A stretch of 64,000 nt of DNA from Eledone cirrhosa (lineage: Eukaryota), in contig CAXHJY010000753.1 in the NCBI GenBank assembly GCA_964016885.1, positions 62,001 through 126,000 on the forward strand. Reading direction: 5' to 3'. Each line of letters begins with the position of its first letter. Within the stretch, counting starts at the first letter, position 1. A program made the translations under genes and the position numbers. The notes under the pieces were generated by a model that had not been told where the DNA came from, did no database searches, and was given only the letters and a program-made list of their open reading frames with translations. Positions 13,184-28,878 of this stretch are shown here, piece by piece.

Positions 13184-13304
13184 TGGTAGCTATGATGCTT
13201 CCGTGGGCGGTATGCCAAAATTAGCACTCGATATTCATCAGAGTAGAGTGTATAAATTATCAAGAAAACGAAAAATCAGTGATGCATCTGGACTTGGTTT
13301 ATTT

Positions 13305-13395
13305 CGTGTTACAAATGTTTCGCCGGCAGGTAGCTCGAGTCATGGTCCTTGTATGGATCTGGCTGATTCTACTTCTGCAGGTTCTTTCAGACACG
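13305..13395 (-). ncRNA. Type-I hammerhead motif with extended stem II (family G)
   Basis: CGTGT-CTGAAAGA-ACCTGCAG..GTAG..(~40 nt)..CTAC-CTGCCGGC-GAAA-CATTTG-TA-ACACG. Confidence 0.6.
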
Positions 13396-14075
13396 TCTGT
13401 TATGTCCGGAGCAAATTTTATCACTAGGGTGTTGTTATCAAAACAACCCCTCAAAAAACCTCCTTTCCCCTCTTGTCATGCCATTGGCTGTTTTTACTCC
13501 ACGTCATCATAAGTTCTGGTCAGTATCTGCTGCCACACGGTTCATCAACTATCTTCCGTCCGACAATGGAGTCATGCTGTATTCAGTACCTCATGCGTCT
13601 CTCACACTTCAGAGTAAGCACCCACATATACTAGAATAAACACATAGTAACACACACATATATATACTCAGACATACACCTATCTACGCATTCACACCCG
13701 TACGTCTACATGCTCAGACACCCACACTGCCACATACATACATCGCAGTATATATACTCACACACCCTCTCTCCCCCTCACCCATGGGCCCAGTCACGCA
13801 TACTTGTTGATACATGCCGCCACGAGCCTTCTGACTGTTCTGTATCAATTGGGTAAGCAAATCATATTCAAACGTACACATATATACATACCCGTGCGCG
13901 CACACACACATACGGCCAAACTTCTATACATTTAAATATATATATATATATATATACACACACGCTCATACACACGCTCATACACACGCATATATACATA
14001 CACACATACATTCACATACATACATATATACGCACATGTGCATACACAGATATACATACACACCTAGGATTTTTT

Positions 14076-14130
14076 CATTCTGATGACTGAAAGTAAATAT
14101 CGTTTGCTTTCAAGAAAACACTGGTAAATT
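14076..14130 (+). ncRNA. Hammerhead-like motif in a short inserted pLTR fragment
   Basis: ATT-CTGATGA-C-TGAAAGTAAA TATCG TTTGCTTTCA-A-GAAA-ACACTGG-TA-AAT, with a 10-bp stem II. Confidence 0.5.
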
Positions 14131-14165
14131 AAACAACTATCCTATGTTGCTCATTACATAACTAT

Positions 14166-16391
14166 TCTATTCTATTCTAAGGGGGGTAAAATTCCCGAGA
14201 TCCATGGACGAGTTCTCTCCAGCGGTCTCTGTCCCTCATTATCGCTGCCATGTCCTGCATCTCCAGCAGACTAGTGTCTGTCCTTAGAGCATCAACATAC
14301 GTTAACCTTGGTCTTCCTCTTCTAGTGTGTCCATGTAGGGGCTCCCAAAGGAGCACTGAGTGCAATGTCAACTCTGGATGTCGGTGAGCATGTCCAGCTA
14401 ATCTCAGTCTCCTCTGTGTCACTTTTGAGCTGACTTTTGGGATGCTCCCATACAGCTCTGAGTTTTTCATCCTAAGTGTATACTAATTAATGTTCAGAGC
14501 CATCCTCAGCATTCTCGTGTAGCACCCATCCACCATCTGAGTGAGTTTCTTGGTCAGTGTCCAAGTCTCAGACCCATACAGCAGCACAGACTCCACTACA
14601 GCAATGAAGAGGCGGATTTTCAGGTCTTTACGAAGGTCCGACTTCCACACCGATCTCAAGCTGTGGCACGCCGCCCAGGTTTGCTCTTCCTCTCAACCAC
14701 ATCATCTTCCGTATTCCCAATCTTTGCTCCGAAATACAGGAAGCCCTCAACCAATTCTAGCGGCTTCCCGCCTACATTAATGATCCCCTCTGACTTCTCA
14801 ACATTCTCTACCAGATATTTTGTTTTAGTCTCATTCATTCTCAGCCCCACACTCATCGACACAGTCTCAACCTCCCGCATCAAATCCTTTGCCTCCTTCA
14901 CTGTATTTGTCACCAAAACTATGTCGTCGGCAAATTCAGCATCCGATACCTTTTTCGCCCTAACTCTCCTGCTCTGAGCCGGTGCTACAGTAAAGCCAGA
15001 GTCCTGGTGTTTCTCCAGTGCAAGGCGCATACAATAGTCCACTACGATGATAAAAAGGTAGGGAGCCAATGTATCTCCCTGGAGCACTCCAGCCAGTATC
15101 TCAAAGAACTCTGTCATCCCATCAGGTGTAATGACTTGGGCTTTGGTGTTGGTGTAGAGCAGTGATATCAGGTCCACTATCTTCTTGGGGATTCTATAAG
15201 CCTGTAAGATCTTCATCAGGCAGTAACGGTCCACAGAATCAAAGGCCTTCCTAAAGTCAATGAAAACCATGACCGCAGGAAGGCACTTTGCTCTAGCTCC
15301 CTCTAATATCCTCCTCAGCATCAGGATGTGACTGGTGGTTGATCTTCCCTATCTGAAGGCGTTCTGGTTGTCCCTGAGCTTCTTCTCCATCTCAGGCTGG
15401 ATCCTGTTAAGAATAATCCTGTTGAGGGTCTTTGCCACAAGTGACGTGAGTGAGATCCCCCCTGTAGTTGTTGGTGTTAGAGAGATCTCCCTTCTTTGGC
15501 ACTGGGACGATGTTACTGATCCTCCACTGATTCGGGGCAACTTCTTTCTCCAGTGCCCGGTTACAGAACCCCAGGATGATATCATCAAAATCACACCTCT
15601 TCATCACCTCTGATGCCACTCCATCTTCTCCATGAGCCCTGCCCTCCTTGATCCTCTTCTTGGCTCTCTGAAGCTCCTCTCTGGTGAAGGGCTCTGTCTC
15701 AACATCCAGTTCCCCAAACAGCCGCCTGATCTCCCAAGTGCTCTGGGCTGTGGAGGGTGGCTCTCCTAGTAGGGTCCTAAAATGGTCTAGCCATTTCCTC
15801 TTCCTATCCTCGGGTCCCGTTCCCTGGATCTGACTCGAACACCTTCTCTTCCTCCCTGTGATCTCGTTGATGATCATCCAGCTCTCCTTACATCCAGATC
15901 TGTCAACCGCTCTCTCCACACTTCTGATCTTCTCTATCAGTGCCTCCTCTCTGACCTCAGTGTAAGCGGTACAGAGTTCTTCCCTCATCACCTCCACAGT
16001 CTCCATCCTCTCCTCCGTAGGATCAGCATAGAATTGGTCCTTGGCAGCTTTCAGGTATTCTCTGGCTGCACACACTTTTCGGGTTGCAGAGCTGACGTGC
16101 TTCCTTTTGTTCTTTTTCCTCGGCACCAGGGTTTCACTTGCTTCCGCCACTGCATTGGTGAAGTGCCCGTACCTCCTCGTCACACTCTCCTCAGTCCATC
16201 CAATCTCTCTCTCCTCTGACTCTCCACACAGAGCACTAAACCTGTTTCTCACTTCCACTGTGAACCTCTCCTGTAGCTTATCATCTGCCTTGAAAGCTCC
16301 CCAGTCATAGATTGCTCCCGGGGCCGAGCCTTGCTCTTTCTTAAGCTCACCCGGACCTCACTCATAACAAGCCGGTGGTCACTACCCAGTG
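14166..16391 (-). pseudogene. 5'-truncated, frameshifted RTE-like LINE (end of APE + RT) with (TAGAA)n tail and 11-bp TSD
   Basis: Fragments SDHRLV, PKKGDLSNTNNYRGI, FIDFRKAFDSV, GVLQGDTLAPYLF, FADD, RRLRLAGH..RRGRP in several frames. TSD TACATAACTAT at 14155-14165 and 16392-16402. Confidence 0.9.
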
Positions 16392-16540
16392 TACATAACT
16401 ATATGCATATATATACATATATATAGACACACACATACATACATACACACACACATATATACACAAACGTAAACTCACACGTGTCCACACACACATACGA
16501 ACACATACGTACATAAACATTACCTACACACGTACCTACG

Positions 16541-16572
<32 letters not shown>

Positions 16573-16907
16573 GACATATACACAAGAGAAAAAGAAAAAC
16601 AAAAAAGGACAACTTAACACGCATATGCATATCCACCCATATACATAGAAATACCCACGCATAGGCCGAACTACATACATCTGCACATGCGTGCGCATAC
16701 ATGCTGCCGCATGCATACTCATGCACGCACGCACATCTGCCTACCCACACAGAAGTGCCACCACATATACATGTACATATATAAACACACCTGTAAGTGA
16801 ACAGTTGAAAATACATTATGCAATAAAAAACAGTATAATAACATAAAAGTGTATAATAACATAAAAAAATATACAATGAAATATTAGATACAATGTGGTA
16901 TATATAT

Positions 16908-16978
<71 letters not shown>

Positions 16979-18456
16979 GAAAAATTTGAACAGGGACAGA
17001 ACAGAGAGGCAGTACAATAAATGTTTATTAAATTCACGCTCAGGAGAGTGGGGGGTAGGTGGATATATATATACACACATCCCCCTATTATACATATATA
17101 CACACACACATACACACACACATATATATACACATACATATATATATATATGTATATATATATAGATATATACACATATCCCCCTATTATACATATATAC
17201 ACACACACATACACATACGCACCTACGTATACATATATACACACACATACACAGACGCATACGCACACGCACACAGACTCATACGCACATATACGCATAT
17301 ATACGGGTATGCATACAGGGTATGTGATAAAATAATACAACATGAATAATAATAATATATAGTCCATTTATAAACATCCGCACGCATTCCCAAGAGATGC
17401 ACATAAACACATGTATGCACAAACACACACATATAGAGGCCCGTGAATGCATGCACCTGCACCCACACACACAACGACATATATACACCCATACACATCC
17501 ACACATATATACACACACTTACCCGCACGCACACACACACACACCTACTCATATGTGGCTATACGTACTTACTCACTCATACACATCTAGACATATATAT
17601 ACATATATACATATATACATATATATATCTATACACATATATGCTCACATATAGACACAAGTATACACACACACCCACACACACACATACACTCACATTC
17701 TGCCACATATGTATATATATGTGCACATGTCTGCACGTACATGCGCGCATAAGCTCGTGCACCCACGCACCCATGCGCATACACACACCCCAATACCCAC
17801 CCACGCATACATATACCTACACATACATACGCATCTACACACACACACACAAGCACATATACCCACACACATGTGTGTCCACACATAAAAGGAACTCGTG
17901 AACATAAACACAATATGAATAAAATAAGATATGTAAATAGATTTACAATATTATAGGGTACATTAAGTCTGTATGTAACTGCATAAAGGTGCAGGGAAAG
18001 AAGGGGTAAAATAAAGGAACGGGAAAAAAACGGTGGGAGGGGGGTATATGAGAAGGTGCGTGTGTCCATGTGACGCACTACACACAGGCATTATGAGATG
18101 CAGGCTCGTGTCCGTGTATACAACAGGTAACAGTAACAAAACAATGATATAGCAATATTAACAATCACATCCAAAGTAGAGTAGGTGTAGAGTATATAGT
18201 CACGATTGCCGGTGTACATATTCAATGTGACGCCCGCCACGGTCGCCATGGGGCATGGCACCGTGTCTGGGTTATGCTGTTCTAAACGTTTAATGCACAG
18301 GTCCGGGCGGCAGTGGGCCCCATGTCAGCCAGTCCCGGCCCATGCAGTGCATCTTCCAATGTTGGGTGCCCGGTCACGTGCGCACCCGGTCTACATATGA
18401 TTGCCCCGCGGGTCGGACGTCGTCGTCATGGTATGTCGTCAGGTCCCTTAATCCCG

Positions 18457-19290
18457 CTAGGCAAATCGGGTCTGTACGTTCTCATTCTTGTGCCCCATGG
18501 CTGCCTCACCCGGCGGATTCCATGCTGCAAAAGTGCATCTTCTCTGGTGTCTGCATGTCATGATAATTTCAGGCTTCAGGTTGACGGCGCCGTCCTTCAG
18601 TCTGACTATCTCCATGGCCTCATGTAGGCACAGTTGGCACTTTCTACTTCCGGCCGAATATGCACGCACGTGGCGAACGATACTCCATTCCAGGGCGTAT
18701 GGGGTGCCGTGGTCTTTCATGTCCCACACGAGGTCCGCTAACCTAGTGGAGTGCCTTTTGCTACGGTCCCTGAAGGAATTCGTGTGATTATACATCCGCG
18801 ATTTAAAGGTCGTGAATGCTGCGCCTATATAGGTTCGATGCGCATTCTGTGTCGTAACCACACACTTGTATACTAGGTCCTTCATTAAGCATTTTCCCTG
18901 TAGGGGGCACTGGGTGCCCGCTCTACAGTTGCAAGTTCTGCCGTCAATTCTTGTGCGTCCGATGTCCGGGCCCTGATCTGTAATGGTCCTCTCAAGGTTC
19001 TCAGTGTGCTGCACCGCCGCCACACTTGCCCCAATGCCCCTATTTCCCGCCCGGTGTTGGACCATATCGCCCTAGACGGGCGCTCTGGTCGCCTCGGGGG
19101 CCGGGTTGTCATTTGAAGGCAGGTCCCTAGGTGGTTCTCCGCTCTCCGAATTATGGTCACTCTGTCGGCGCCGTTGACGGCCAGTGTGCGCCATCTTCAC
19201 CGCGTTAGTTCTAGCCATGTAGTCAGCCATATTCGGCGCCGTGGAGAATGAAAATTTCACCGTGTGGCGGTTGAAGATTTTGTGGTACAT
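18457..19290 (-). pseudogene. C-terminal part of Hydra-type PLE ORF: linker + CxCx5C motif + GIY-YIG endonuclease
   Basis: YHKIFNRHTVKFSFST..N, then CNCRAGTQCPLQGKC, VY...YIG, FKSR..NH..SF, WSI, KCQLCLHE, N...E...CRH. No CxxC between the VY and YIG motifs. One frameshift near 19070. Confidence 0.85.
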
Positions 19291-19347
19291 AACAGTCGTG
19301 TGGACATAACAGACGTGTGGACATAACAGACGTGTGGACATAACAGA

Positions 19348-19438
19348 CGTGTCTGAAAGAACTTGCAGAAGTAGAATCAGCCAGATCCATACAAGGACAA
19401 TGACTCGAGCTACCTGCCGGCGAAACATTTGTAACACG
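19348..19438 (+). ncRNA. Type-I hammerhead motif with extended stem II (inverted pLTR, family G)
   Basis: CGTGT-CTGAAAGA...GGC-GAAA-CATTTG-TA-ACACG. Confidence 0.6.
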
Positions 19439-19482
19439 AAATAAACCAAGTCCAGATGCATCACTGATTTTTCGTTTTCTTG

Positions 19483-19520
<38 letters not shown>

Positions 19521-19891
19521 AATTGATATGTGTGCATGTGTGCTTGCATGTGTGCTTGCATGTGTGTGTGTGGGGGGGAGTGCGCGTGTGTTTTGAGAAA
19601 GGGTGTTTTGACAAAGGTCTATATATGCATGTCCGGAATATGTTTGTTCTTTAACCCAATTCAGATTGTAGACTTGTTCCACTTTCGCTGCATTGTCTTA
19701 AATTGTTCCAAAAGATTAAATCAGTCAAATCTACAGATGTGTTTTTGTTTTGTTTTTTCTTGGGTGCTTCTTATTATCTGTAAATAACTAAAGAGTGTTT
19801 GGATGATTTAATAGTGTGGATAGTCTAGTTTCGTTGGCCTTTTTTCCCCACTCACCATATCCAGACACTACGCAACTCTTATTTGTGTTTG

Positions 19892-19947
<56 letters not shown>

Positions 19948-19951
<4 letters not shown>

Positions 19952-20074
19952 CAGAATTAGCCGTCGAAACGGCTTGAGCTCTGCCGTCGGGGTCATACTT
20001 GTTCCTATTACCCACTCTACTAAGTACTTTGATGAGTTATGGTCCATCTGGTTCCTTACCACATTTCCTTCGTT
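19948..20074 (+). mobile_element. 3' end fragment of family C pseudo-LTR
   Basis: Matches 31053-31191. TA on both sides. Confidence 0.8.
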
Positions 20075-21033
20075 ATATATATATATATATAAAAAACTGC
20101 GGGAATTTATGTATATATATATATGTATGTATGTATATATTCAAATGTATCTGTATGATTAAATACAAGACTTTTAACAGCTATGGTTCAATAATAATTT
20201 TGTTTCTATCATATCCAATCATGTAATACCGAAAACTAAAAATAGTAATTAAATTAATTTTCCGTGCCAGCGATAAGATGGAATTCACTAACATTATCAA
20301 ATTAATTAATTTTCATTTCATGAAAAAAAAATAATACCATTCCTGACAAACTTTTTTTCAATAATCTAGAACACTCTTACAATATTCAAAATATTTTTAA
20401 ATGTGAACCTATAGAATATTAATAAAAACATTGATAATAATATTATTAACAGAAAATTAATAATAATTCAGGCATTGCTCTTGGCGGAATCAATATGTTA
20501 TCAGACATTGTACAAGAAGATATAAAACGAACTGTTTCATCATCGTCGACTGGGATTCGTTTGAATGATGTCTTACACATATAACAAATTTGATTTTATA
20601 TCAGGTCAACTACAATTTTAAATATTCCATCGGTGGCCATTGTATATAGATAGTTCACAATAAAAATATATATCATGTGAACTTAGTGCGCTTCCATGAA
20701 ACTTCTATTTTCCTGTCTTATTTTGAGCATAAACGTTAAATGACGTGGTACAGTTGACTCTTCTTCATATATCATTTCAGATAAAAACCATTACAAAGAC
20801 ATTTCACTCTCAATAGCTAAACTTACCGATTTAGCATTAATATATATATACATATATATGTTCATCATAAAACCATACACGGGTTTATGATGAATGAGTT
20901 GACAATATTTCGATAATATCTATGAAAAAGTATTTTTTTTAGAAAGATCTTCAAATAACGTTAGATACAGCTATTTATTATATAAATGCATGTGCATGTG
21001 TGAGCATGCATATATATATATATATATATATAC

Positions 21034-21064
<31 letters not shown>

Positions 21065-21121
21065 CATATACATATATAAATTTATGTATATATATATATG
21101 AATATATATATATATGAATGA

Positions 21122-21180
<59 letters not shown>

Positions 21181-21225
21181 TGAAGAATGAAGAATAACAT
21201 GGTCGGCTGTACATATATTTATATA

Positions 21226-21347
<122 letters not shown>

Positions 21348-21858
21348 CATATATATATATATTAACATACATATATATGTGTCTTTGTGTATGTGTCTTT
21401 GTGTGTATGTGTGTGTGTGTGTGTGTGCGTGTGATTGTATGTGTGTGATTGTAAATTTGTGTCTGTTTATACAATTTTATAGATATATCTGAATATATTT
21501 TAGATATTTATTTCTCAAAAATATTTTTCAAAGTTAATGTCGCAATATTGTCAACCATTACAGTAAAATATTCCTAGGACTAGAACAAAATTAACAAGTA
21601 TAAAATAAACAAAATTACAACCCCAATATCATAAAAAATAAATAAATTTGGCGAAGAACACTTAACGATATACTTATATTTCTATAATCCACATCGATAT
21701 CATTTCTTAATTCTGACATTCAAACATACACATTAGACACAGCTACACATACAATAACACCAATATATATATATATGCGGACTACACTCAAACATACGTT
21801 CAAATATATATACATACGTATATATATGTGTATATATTATATACATATGTATGTATGA

Positions 21859-21951
<93 letters not shown>

Positions 21952-21953
21952 AA

Positions 21954-22005
<52 letters not shown>

Positions 22006-22182
22006 CATACATATATATATATATGTATGCGTGTGTATAGATATATATATACAATATATATATATATATATATATATACTATATATATATACAATATATA
22101 TATACAATATATATATATATAAATAAAATATATATATAGATATAGATATTTATAATATATACATACATTTATATATATATAT

Positions 22183-22258
<76 letters not shown>

Positions 22259-22534
22259 CATATATATATATAATATATATACATGCATAGAAATATATAC
22301 CATACATAAATACATACAAATATATGCCATACATACATTAACATATTCAAAATTTAAGGAGATAAAGGGAAAACATTCCATTAGATTGGAAATTGATATT
22401 TCGATAAAAATAAAATGAAACCAGTGTGAAGGGTAAGGAGGAAATACGACTGAAGTTTAAGGATTGTGATGATGAGTATGATAATGGTGATGATAATGAT
22501 GATGATGATGAGGAGGGGGTAAGAGGTGGAGGAG

Positions 22535-23260
<726 letters not shown>

Positions 23261-23969
23261 CAAGGTAGTTAATATAGTGAAAAATAAGGGATGGATGATT
23301 TAGAGTGACAAAAAATTATGATTAATGTTGGAAAACGAAAAAGAAATAATTCTTCTTTCATTGCATCTATATTTTTCAACTGTCTAATTTAGAAATTTCT
23401 GATACAAAATTTTGGATGAAAGACTTCTCTAAAACTGTGAAATATATTGACAGAAAATTCTCAATAATCCAACTTGATGAAGAAATTCTATGAAGTAATT
23501 GGTTTTTAAGACAAAATTCCATTTTACTATTATCTTTTTACTTTCTCTCTCTCTCTCTCTCTTTTTTTTTCTTTCTCTTTCTCTCTCTCACTCTCCTCTT
23601 CTCTTTTTCTGTCTCTTTTTCTCTCTCTCATTCTCTCTTTTTCTTTCTCTTTCTTTCTCTCTCTACCTCTCTCTCTCACTCTCTCTTTTTATTTCTCTCT
23701 CTCCCTCTCTCTTTCTCTCTGTCTCCCTCTCTCTCCCTCTCTCTTTTTATCTCTCTCTCTCTCTCACTCTGTTTCTTTCTCTTTCTTTCTCTCTCTCTCA
23801 ATCTAGCTATCTCTCTCTCTCTCAGCTTTGATTTAAGATCATGTAGAATGAAATGGTTAAAAAATGTGAAGTATATTTTTTTTAGTTGTAGCATCATCAG
23901 CATCGTAAACAATATTATCCTCATCATTATTAATATCATTACTGTTATTATATATTTTGAGTAGTAGTG

Positions 23970-24035
<66 letters not shown>

Positions 24036-24137
24036 ATGCTTACTCCATTTCAAAACATACAAACATAAAACATTTAAATATCAGAAAAGAAAAATCATTT
24101 GAGGGTGTACATAAATCATCGATTTGCAAAATGAAAC

Positions 24138-24187
<50 letters not shown>

Positions 24188-24199
24188 CAACAACAATAA

Positions 24200-24862
24200 T
24201 GATTTCATTTATTGGCCACAAGGGCCGACTTATAGGGGACAATACAAAATACTGGGACAGTGGGGTTTTATAGAAAAATCGAGTAAACAATATGAATAAC
24301 AATAACAAAGTAACAGGAAAAATACAAGAAAAATTCCCCAATAGGTGGGGGGATGACCACCCAGGGTTCGCTCAGGTACCCTACCAATCCTGAACGACCC
24401 GACATTCGAGAGCACCCGGAAAGGGCACCCCTCTCCTCCTCAAATTTAACCACCTACAGGCGCATGATCAGAGTAGGCCCACTCACACGGGCCATTCTCG
24501 CCACAATCACCCACCTTTCAGCAAATGTACTGGGGGGGGGGGGGCACTTCTCTCTCCACCCTCACCTTCCTCTCCAAGTGAAACTTGAAAATGTTGATGA
24601 GGGATTGATTGGCCGAAGAGAAAAGTGTGTCTTCAGTCCTTTCAACCTCGTCCACCATACAACCTCTTTCGCTACTGCCACCAGACAGGAAAATTGCATG
24701 CCCTTCCTGGCCAAAAGAAGGCGGCGGGTCGATCTTTACTATGGACTCGACCGATAGCCGGCTCCGTTCTACACGCGACAACAGCTGTTCGACATAACTC
24801 CACAAGTCAGTAATGCAGGGACACTGGACAAGTGCGTGCAGAACGGTTTCGTCGCTCCAATA
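24200..24862 (-). mobile_element. 3' fragment of an L1/Tx1-like LINE (C-terminal zinc-binding region + 3'UTR) in (TAA)n
   Basis: Minus strand DETVLHALVQCPCITDLWSYV..AKEVVWWTR, a zf-RVT-like ET..H...CP...W motif. AATAAA precedes the (ATT)n tail. Confidence 0.7.
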
Positions 24863-24866
24863 ACAA

Positions 24867-24901
<35 letters not shown>

Positions 24902-24909
24902 GTTATTAC

Positions 24910-25221
24910 TCCTTGAGTCTCAGTCATTGATGTTAGTTAACTGGAAAGTTTGTTGGAATGAATATCAAGCCACTACCTGCAGCCTCAGATATTCAGGACG
25001 TATCGGAGGGTTCTTGCTGTTCCCAGCAAGCATGCCTTTTGAAGCGTTCCAAAAAGCGTGAAGGGGCCGATTTTCTTTAACCATCCCTGGAAACTTTTGG
25101 AGATAGTCCCTAGTGCGCCTATGACAATCGGGATCACTTTGACTTCATGGCAGTTCCAAATCCTTTTTACCTCCCACTTTAAGTCCTGGTATCGGTTAAT
25201 TTTCTCCCTCTCCTTCTCTTG

Positions 25222-25222
<1 letters not shown>
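24910..25222 (-). mobile_element. 3' fragment of Dong/R4-like (RLE) non-LTR element embedded in (TAA)n
   Basis: KEREKINRYQDL..E..RIW...VIPIVIGALG...LQKACLLGTARTLR.VL. (TAT)n on both flanks. Confidence 0.85.
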
Positions 25223-25261
<39 letters not shown>

Positions 25262-25861
25262 GACTATCATGATGATGATGATGATGATGATAAATTCTAA
25301 GCATCAATAATTTAACAGTCCCAATTACAGTAATAATATTCTTAATCAAAGAAAATACATAGAAACCTCTTATACGAATAGTAATTAGTTCATCAAAACC
25401 GCCTTGCTAGATCTTTCTAATTTACTTTTATTAACTGCCGCACCAATTATCGTCATAGATACAAGAATCAACGAATAGAGCAACATATCTTAAACATCTT
25501 TAAAATCCATCCCTGTCATATTTATTAGGTTTAATCCACATTGAAGTAATTTATATTAAAAGGAAGTATTAAAGCTATTTTATTAAGTCTTTCTTTGCCA
25601 AGAGATTTAACAACTTTATTTAAATGTTGTGTTAATAATCCAAGGACCTCCATCGGTTTCGATAATAAGTGTTTCATGTGTTTTTATCAATGGAAAAGCC
25701 TGCTTAAAAAATGAATGCGTAAGTGTATGAGAATTCCATAGATACATTTTCCCTTAGCGTAATTGTCAGGGAGATTCTGCATGAAGGATTGTGTAACAAG
25801 ACTGGCCCTTTGAATTATAGATACACTCCATCCGAGTAACTTCCAAGCAGTGAGCAACATT

Positions 25862-26125
25862 AGTCGGTATAAATAAGCAAAATTTGAGATATAAAGTGGG
25901 GACTGAAAAGAATTTGGAAATATCGTTTGATGAAGGTCATCCTCATCGTCATAGGAACACTATGTACTATCTCCAAGAGCTTCCAAGACTGGTTAAAGGA
26001 CCTTAGCCCAACCATCTTGTTTGGAACACTGTAGAAGGCATACCTACTGGGAACAGCAAGGACCCTTCCATATGTCCTGCATATCTGAGTCTGCAAGTTG
26101 AGGCATGATGTTTATTAGGAAAGAT
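25862..26125 (+). mobile_element. Degenerate Dong/R4-like 3' fragment
   Basis: Reverse-complement homologue of 24960-25200, with stops. Confidence 0.7.
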
Positions 26126-26254
26126 TTTCCGGTTAAATAACAACAATGATTGAGCTATCAAAGTAACAATAATAATCATATTTATTATTATAATAATCTT
26201 CTCTTTACTCAGCCTTTGTTGCTCCGCCGGTATTTTGATTTGATTTTTAGATAT

Positions 26255-26582
26255 CAAGCTGCTTCCTGCAGCAGTTCGTACGGCTCTTGCTGTACCAAGA
26301 AAAGAGACCTTCTGTAGAGTCAAGAAATTCACCTCTATATTCAACATCTTCAACTAAGCATTCAAACTTTTCGCCACTGCTTCTAAAACTTCTATTACAA
26401 TTGCATTTCGTATTTCAGGTCTTGATGTTTTTTTTTCTATTTTTCTCATGTTCTTTTCCTACCTGCCTAGTATCAAATGAGCAAACCACATCGATAAGCC
26501 GAGCTTTTTCGTTTTTATCGGATGTAACGATATCTGGACTTGAATACTCCATTTACTTATCCGTTTGAAACTTCATGTTCCA
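26255..26582 (-). mobile_element. Degenerate Dong/R4-like 3' fragment
   Basis: Minus strand shows ..PDIV..D.. and ..LQKVSFLGTARAVR. Adjacent to (TAA)-rich tracts. Confidence 0.6.
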
Positions 26583-26671
26583 TAATAATATGAATAATGA
26601 AAATAATTGTTATTATTATTATTACTGTTGCAGCTGCTGTTCTTGTTGTTATTGTTAGTGTTATGTTGTTT

Positions 26672-26749
<78 letters not shown>

Positions 26750-27465
26750 ATTTGTTGTTGATGGTGGTGTGTGTAGTTGTGGCGATATATGTAGGGTGCT
26801 AGTATTTTGTGTTATTCAACTGAAAAAAATATGAAAGAAATTCACAATAATCATTGAATCATGAAGCTATAATTAAATAAATTGAACGCTGTAGAGGTTT
26901 GGTCTGCAAAACAATTTTTTTCCTTCTCTTTATTTATATATATTATCATGTTCTTATTTCTTATTTTGATAGCGTTCGTCTATATTTTTGAATTACAACT
27001 CATGATTTTTTTACATCTTCAGACACAACAAAGCACTTGAGTGAACAAGTGGTCACAAAAGACATGGAATTTTTAAACCATTTTTTTTCTAGTCAACATG
27101 TATAAACAGACTGCATAACCCCACCCTTACTGCAGCCACCATATCATTCACACCGCAACGTCCATCATCAAATCTATAGCAAACACCACCAGCTCCAGCT
27201 CTAACTCCACCTTCTTGTTTGCGTTTATAAAAATTACATCAATATTGAACGTCTGTACTTAATATTGTTATTCTTAGTGGGATAGGAATTATGTATGCGC
27301 AGTATTTCACATCCAGTAACACACCCACATATAAACACACAAAATCATACACATACAAACGTACAAACACACTCATGTATGTATATATATGTACATATAC
27401 ATATACATACATTCATATATATATATGCATACATATATAGATATATATACATACATATATATAAA

Positions 27466-27501
<36 letters not shown>

Positions 27502-27874
27502 TTAGTGTGTATATGTATATGAATATATATATGTTACGTAAAAGTATAAACATGCATATGTACACACGCATATATCCTCTAGCTATTTATTCATCTCTCT
27601 CTCTCTCTCTCTCTCCCTCTTTCTCTCTCTCTCCCTACCCCTCTCTCTCTCTCTCCCTCTCTCTTTCTCGCTCTCTTTCTATTACTATGAAAACACACAC
27701 ATATATGTATATATATAGATATATACACACACGTATATATATATATATATATATATATATTCTGAATATAGGCATTCAAATTGCCTGCACTATTTTACCA
27801 AATATAGCTATTCAGCTATCTCCAAGGAAACACAAAATATTGTTCGCCTATCTTGATGTTCTTAAACAGAGAAA

Positions 27875-27947
<73 letters not shown>

Positions 27948-27957
27948 GTATATATAT

Positions 27958-27991
<34 letters not shown>

Positions 27992-28090
27992 GGGTAGATA
28001 GATATATAGATAGATATACACATACATATGTGTGTGTGTCTGTATGTGTGTGCGTTCCTGTGTGCATATTATACATATATATATAATACG

Positions 28091-28216
<126 letters not shown>

Positions 28217-28444
28217 TATATATATATGCATATATGCATGTCGAGAAAAAGAAACAGGGAAGGAACATGAGAGAAGAGAGACTGTCGGGGAATGCAAACG
28301 GGAGAGAGAAAGAGAGATAGAGACAGTGTGAATGAGTTTATGAATATACCGGGAAATACGGACACACTCCATTCCTTAGAGACGGTGAAAAACTGATGGA
28401 CCTAGAGGCAAAACGAATGATGGAGCAAAACCAGAGCTTAGGTA

Positions 28445-28878
28445 TTAATACATTTATAGATAATTGTTTCTACTTTAGGCACAAGGCCAGCAGTTATCCA
28501 GTACATTACTGGTACTTTATTTTATCGACCCCGTAAGGATGAAAGGCAAAGTCAACCTCGGCGGGATTTGAACTCAGATCGTAAAGGGAGGTAACTATGC
28601 TGGAAAGCATGGCGTCCGACCCTCTACCGAAACTGCCAATCCACCGCCCTATACATTTATAGATAATTGTTTCTACGTTTGGCACAAGGCCAGAAATTAC
28701 CCAGAACATTACTGGTACTTTATTTTATCGACCTCGTAAGGATGAAAGGCAAAGTTAACCTCGGCGGGATTTGAACTCAGAATGGCATGGCCGTAACTCT
28801 ATACGTCAAAGCATAGCGTCCGACCCTCTACCGATACTGCCAATCCACCGCCCTAACATCTATACATTTATAGATAAT
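28445..28878 (-). mobile_element. Two head-to-tail copies of tRNA-derived SINE family K
   Basis: ~205-bp period, reverse complement of 50167-50357. The spacer ATACATTTATAGATAAT recurs at 28448, 28651 and 28862. Confidence 0.85.
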
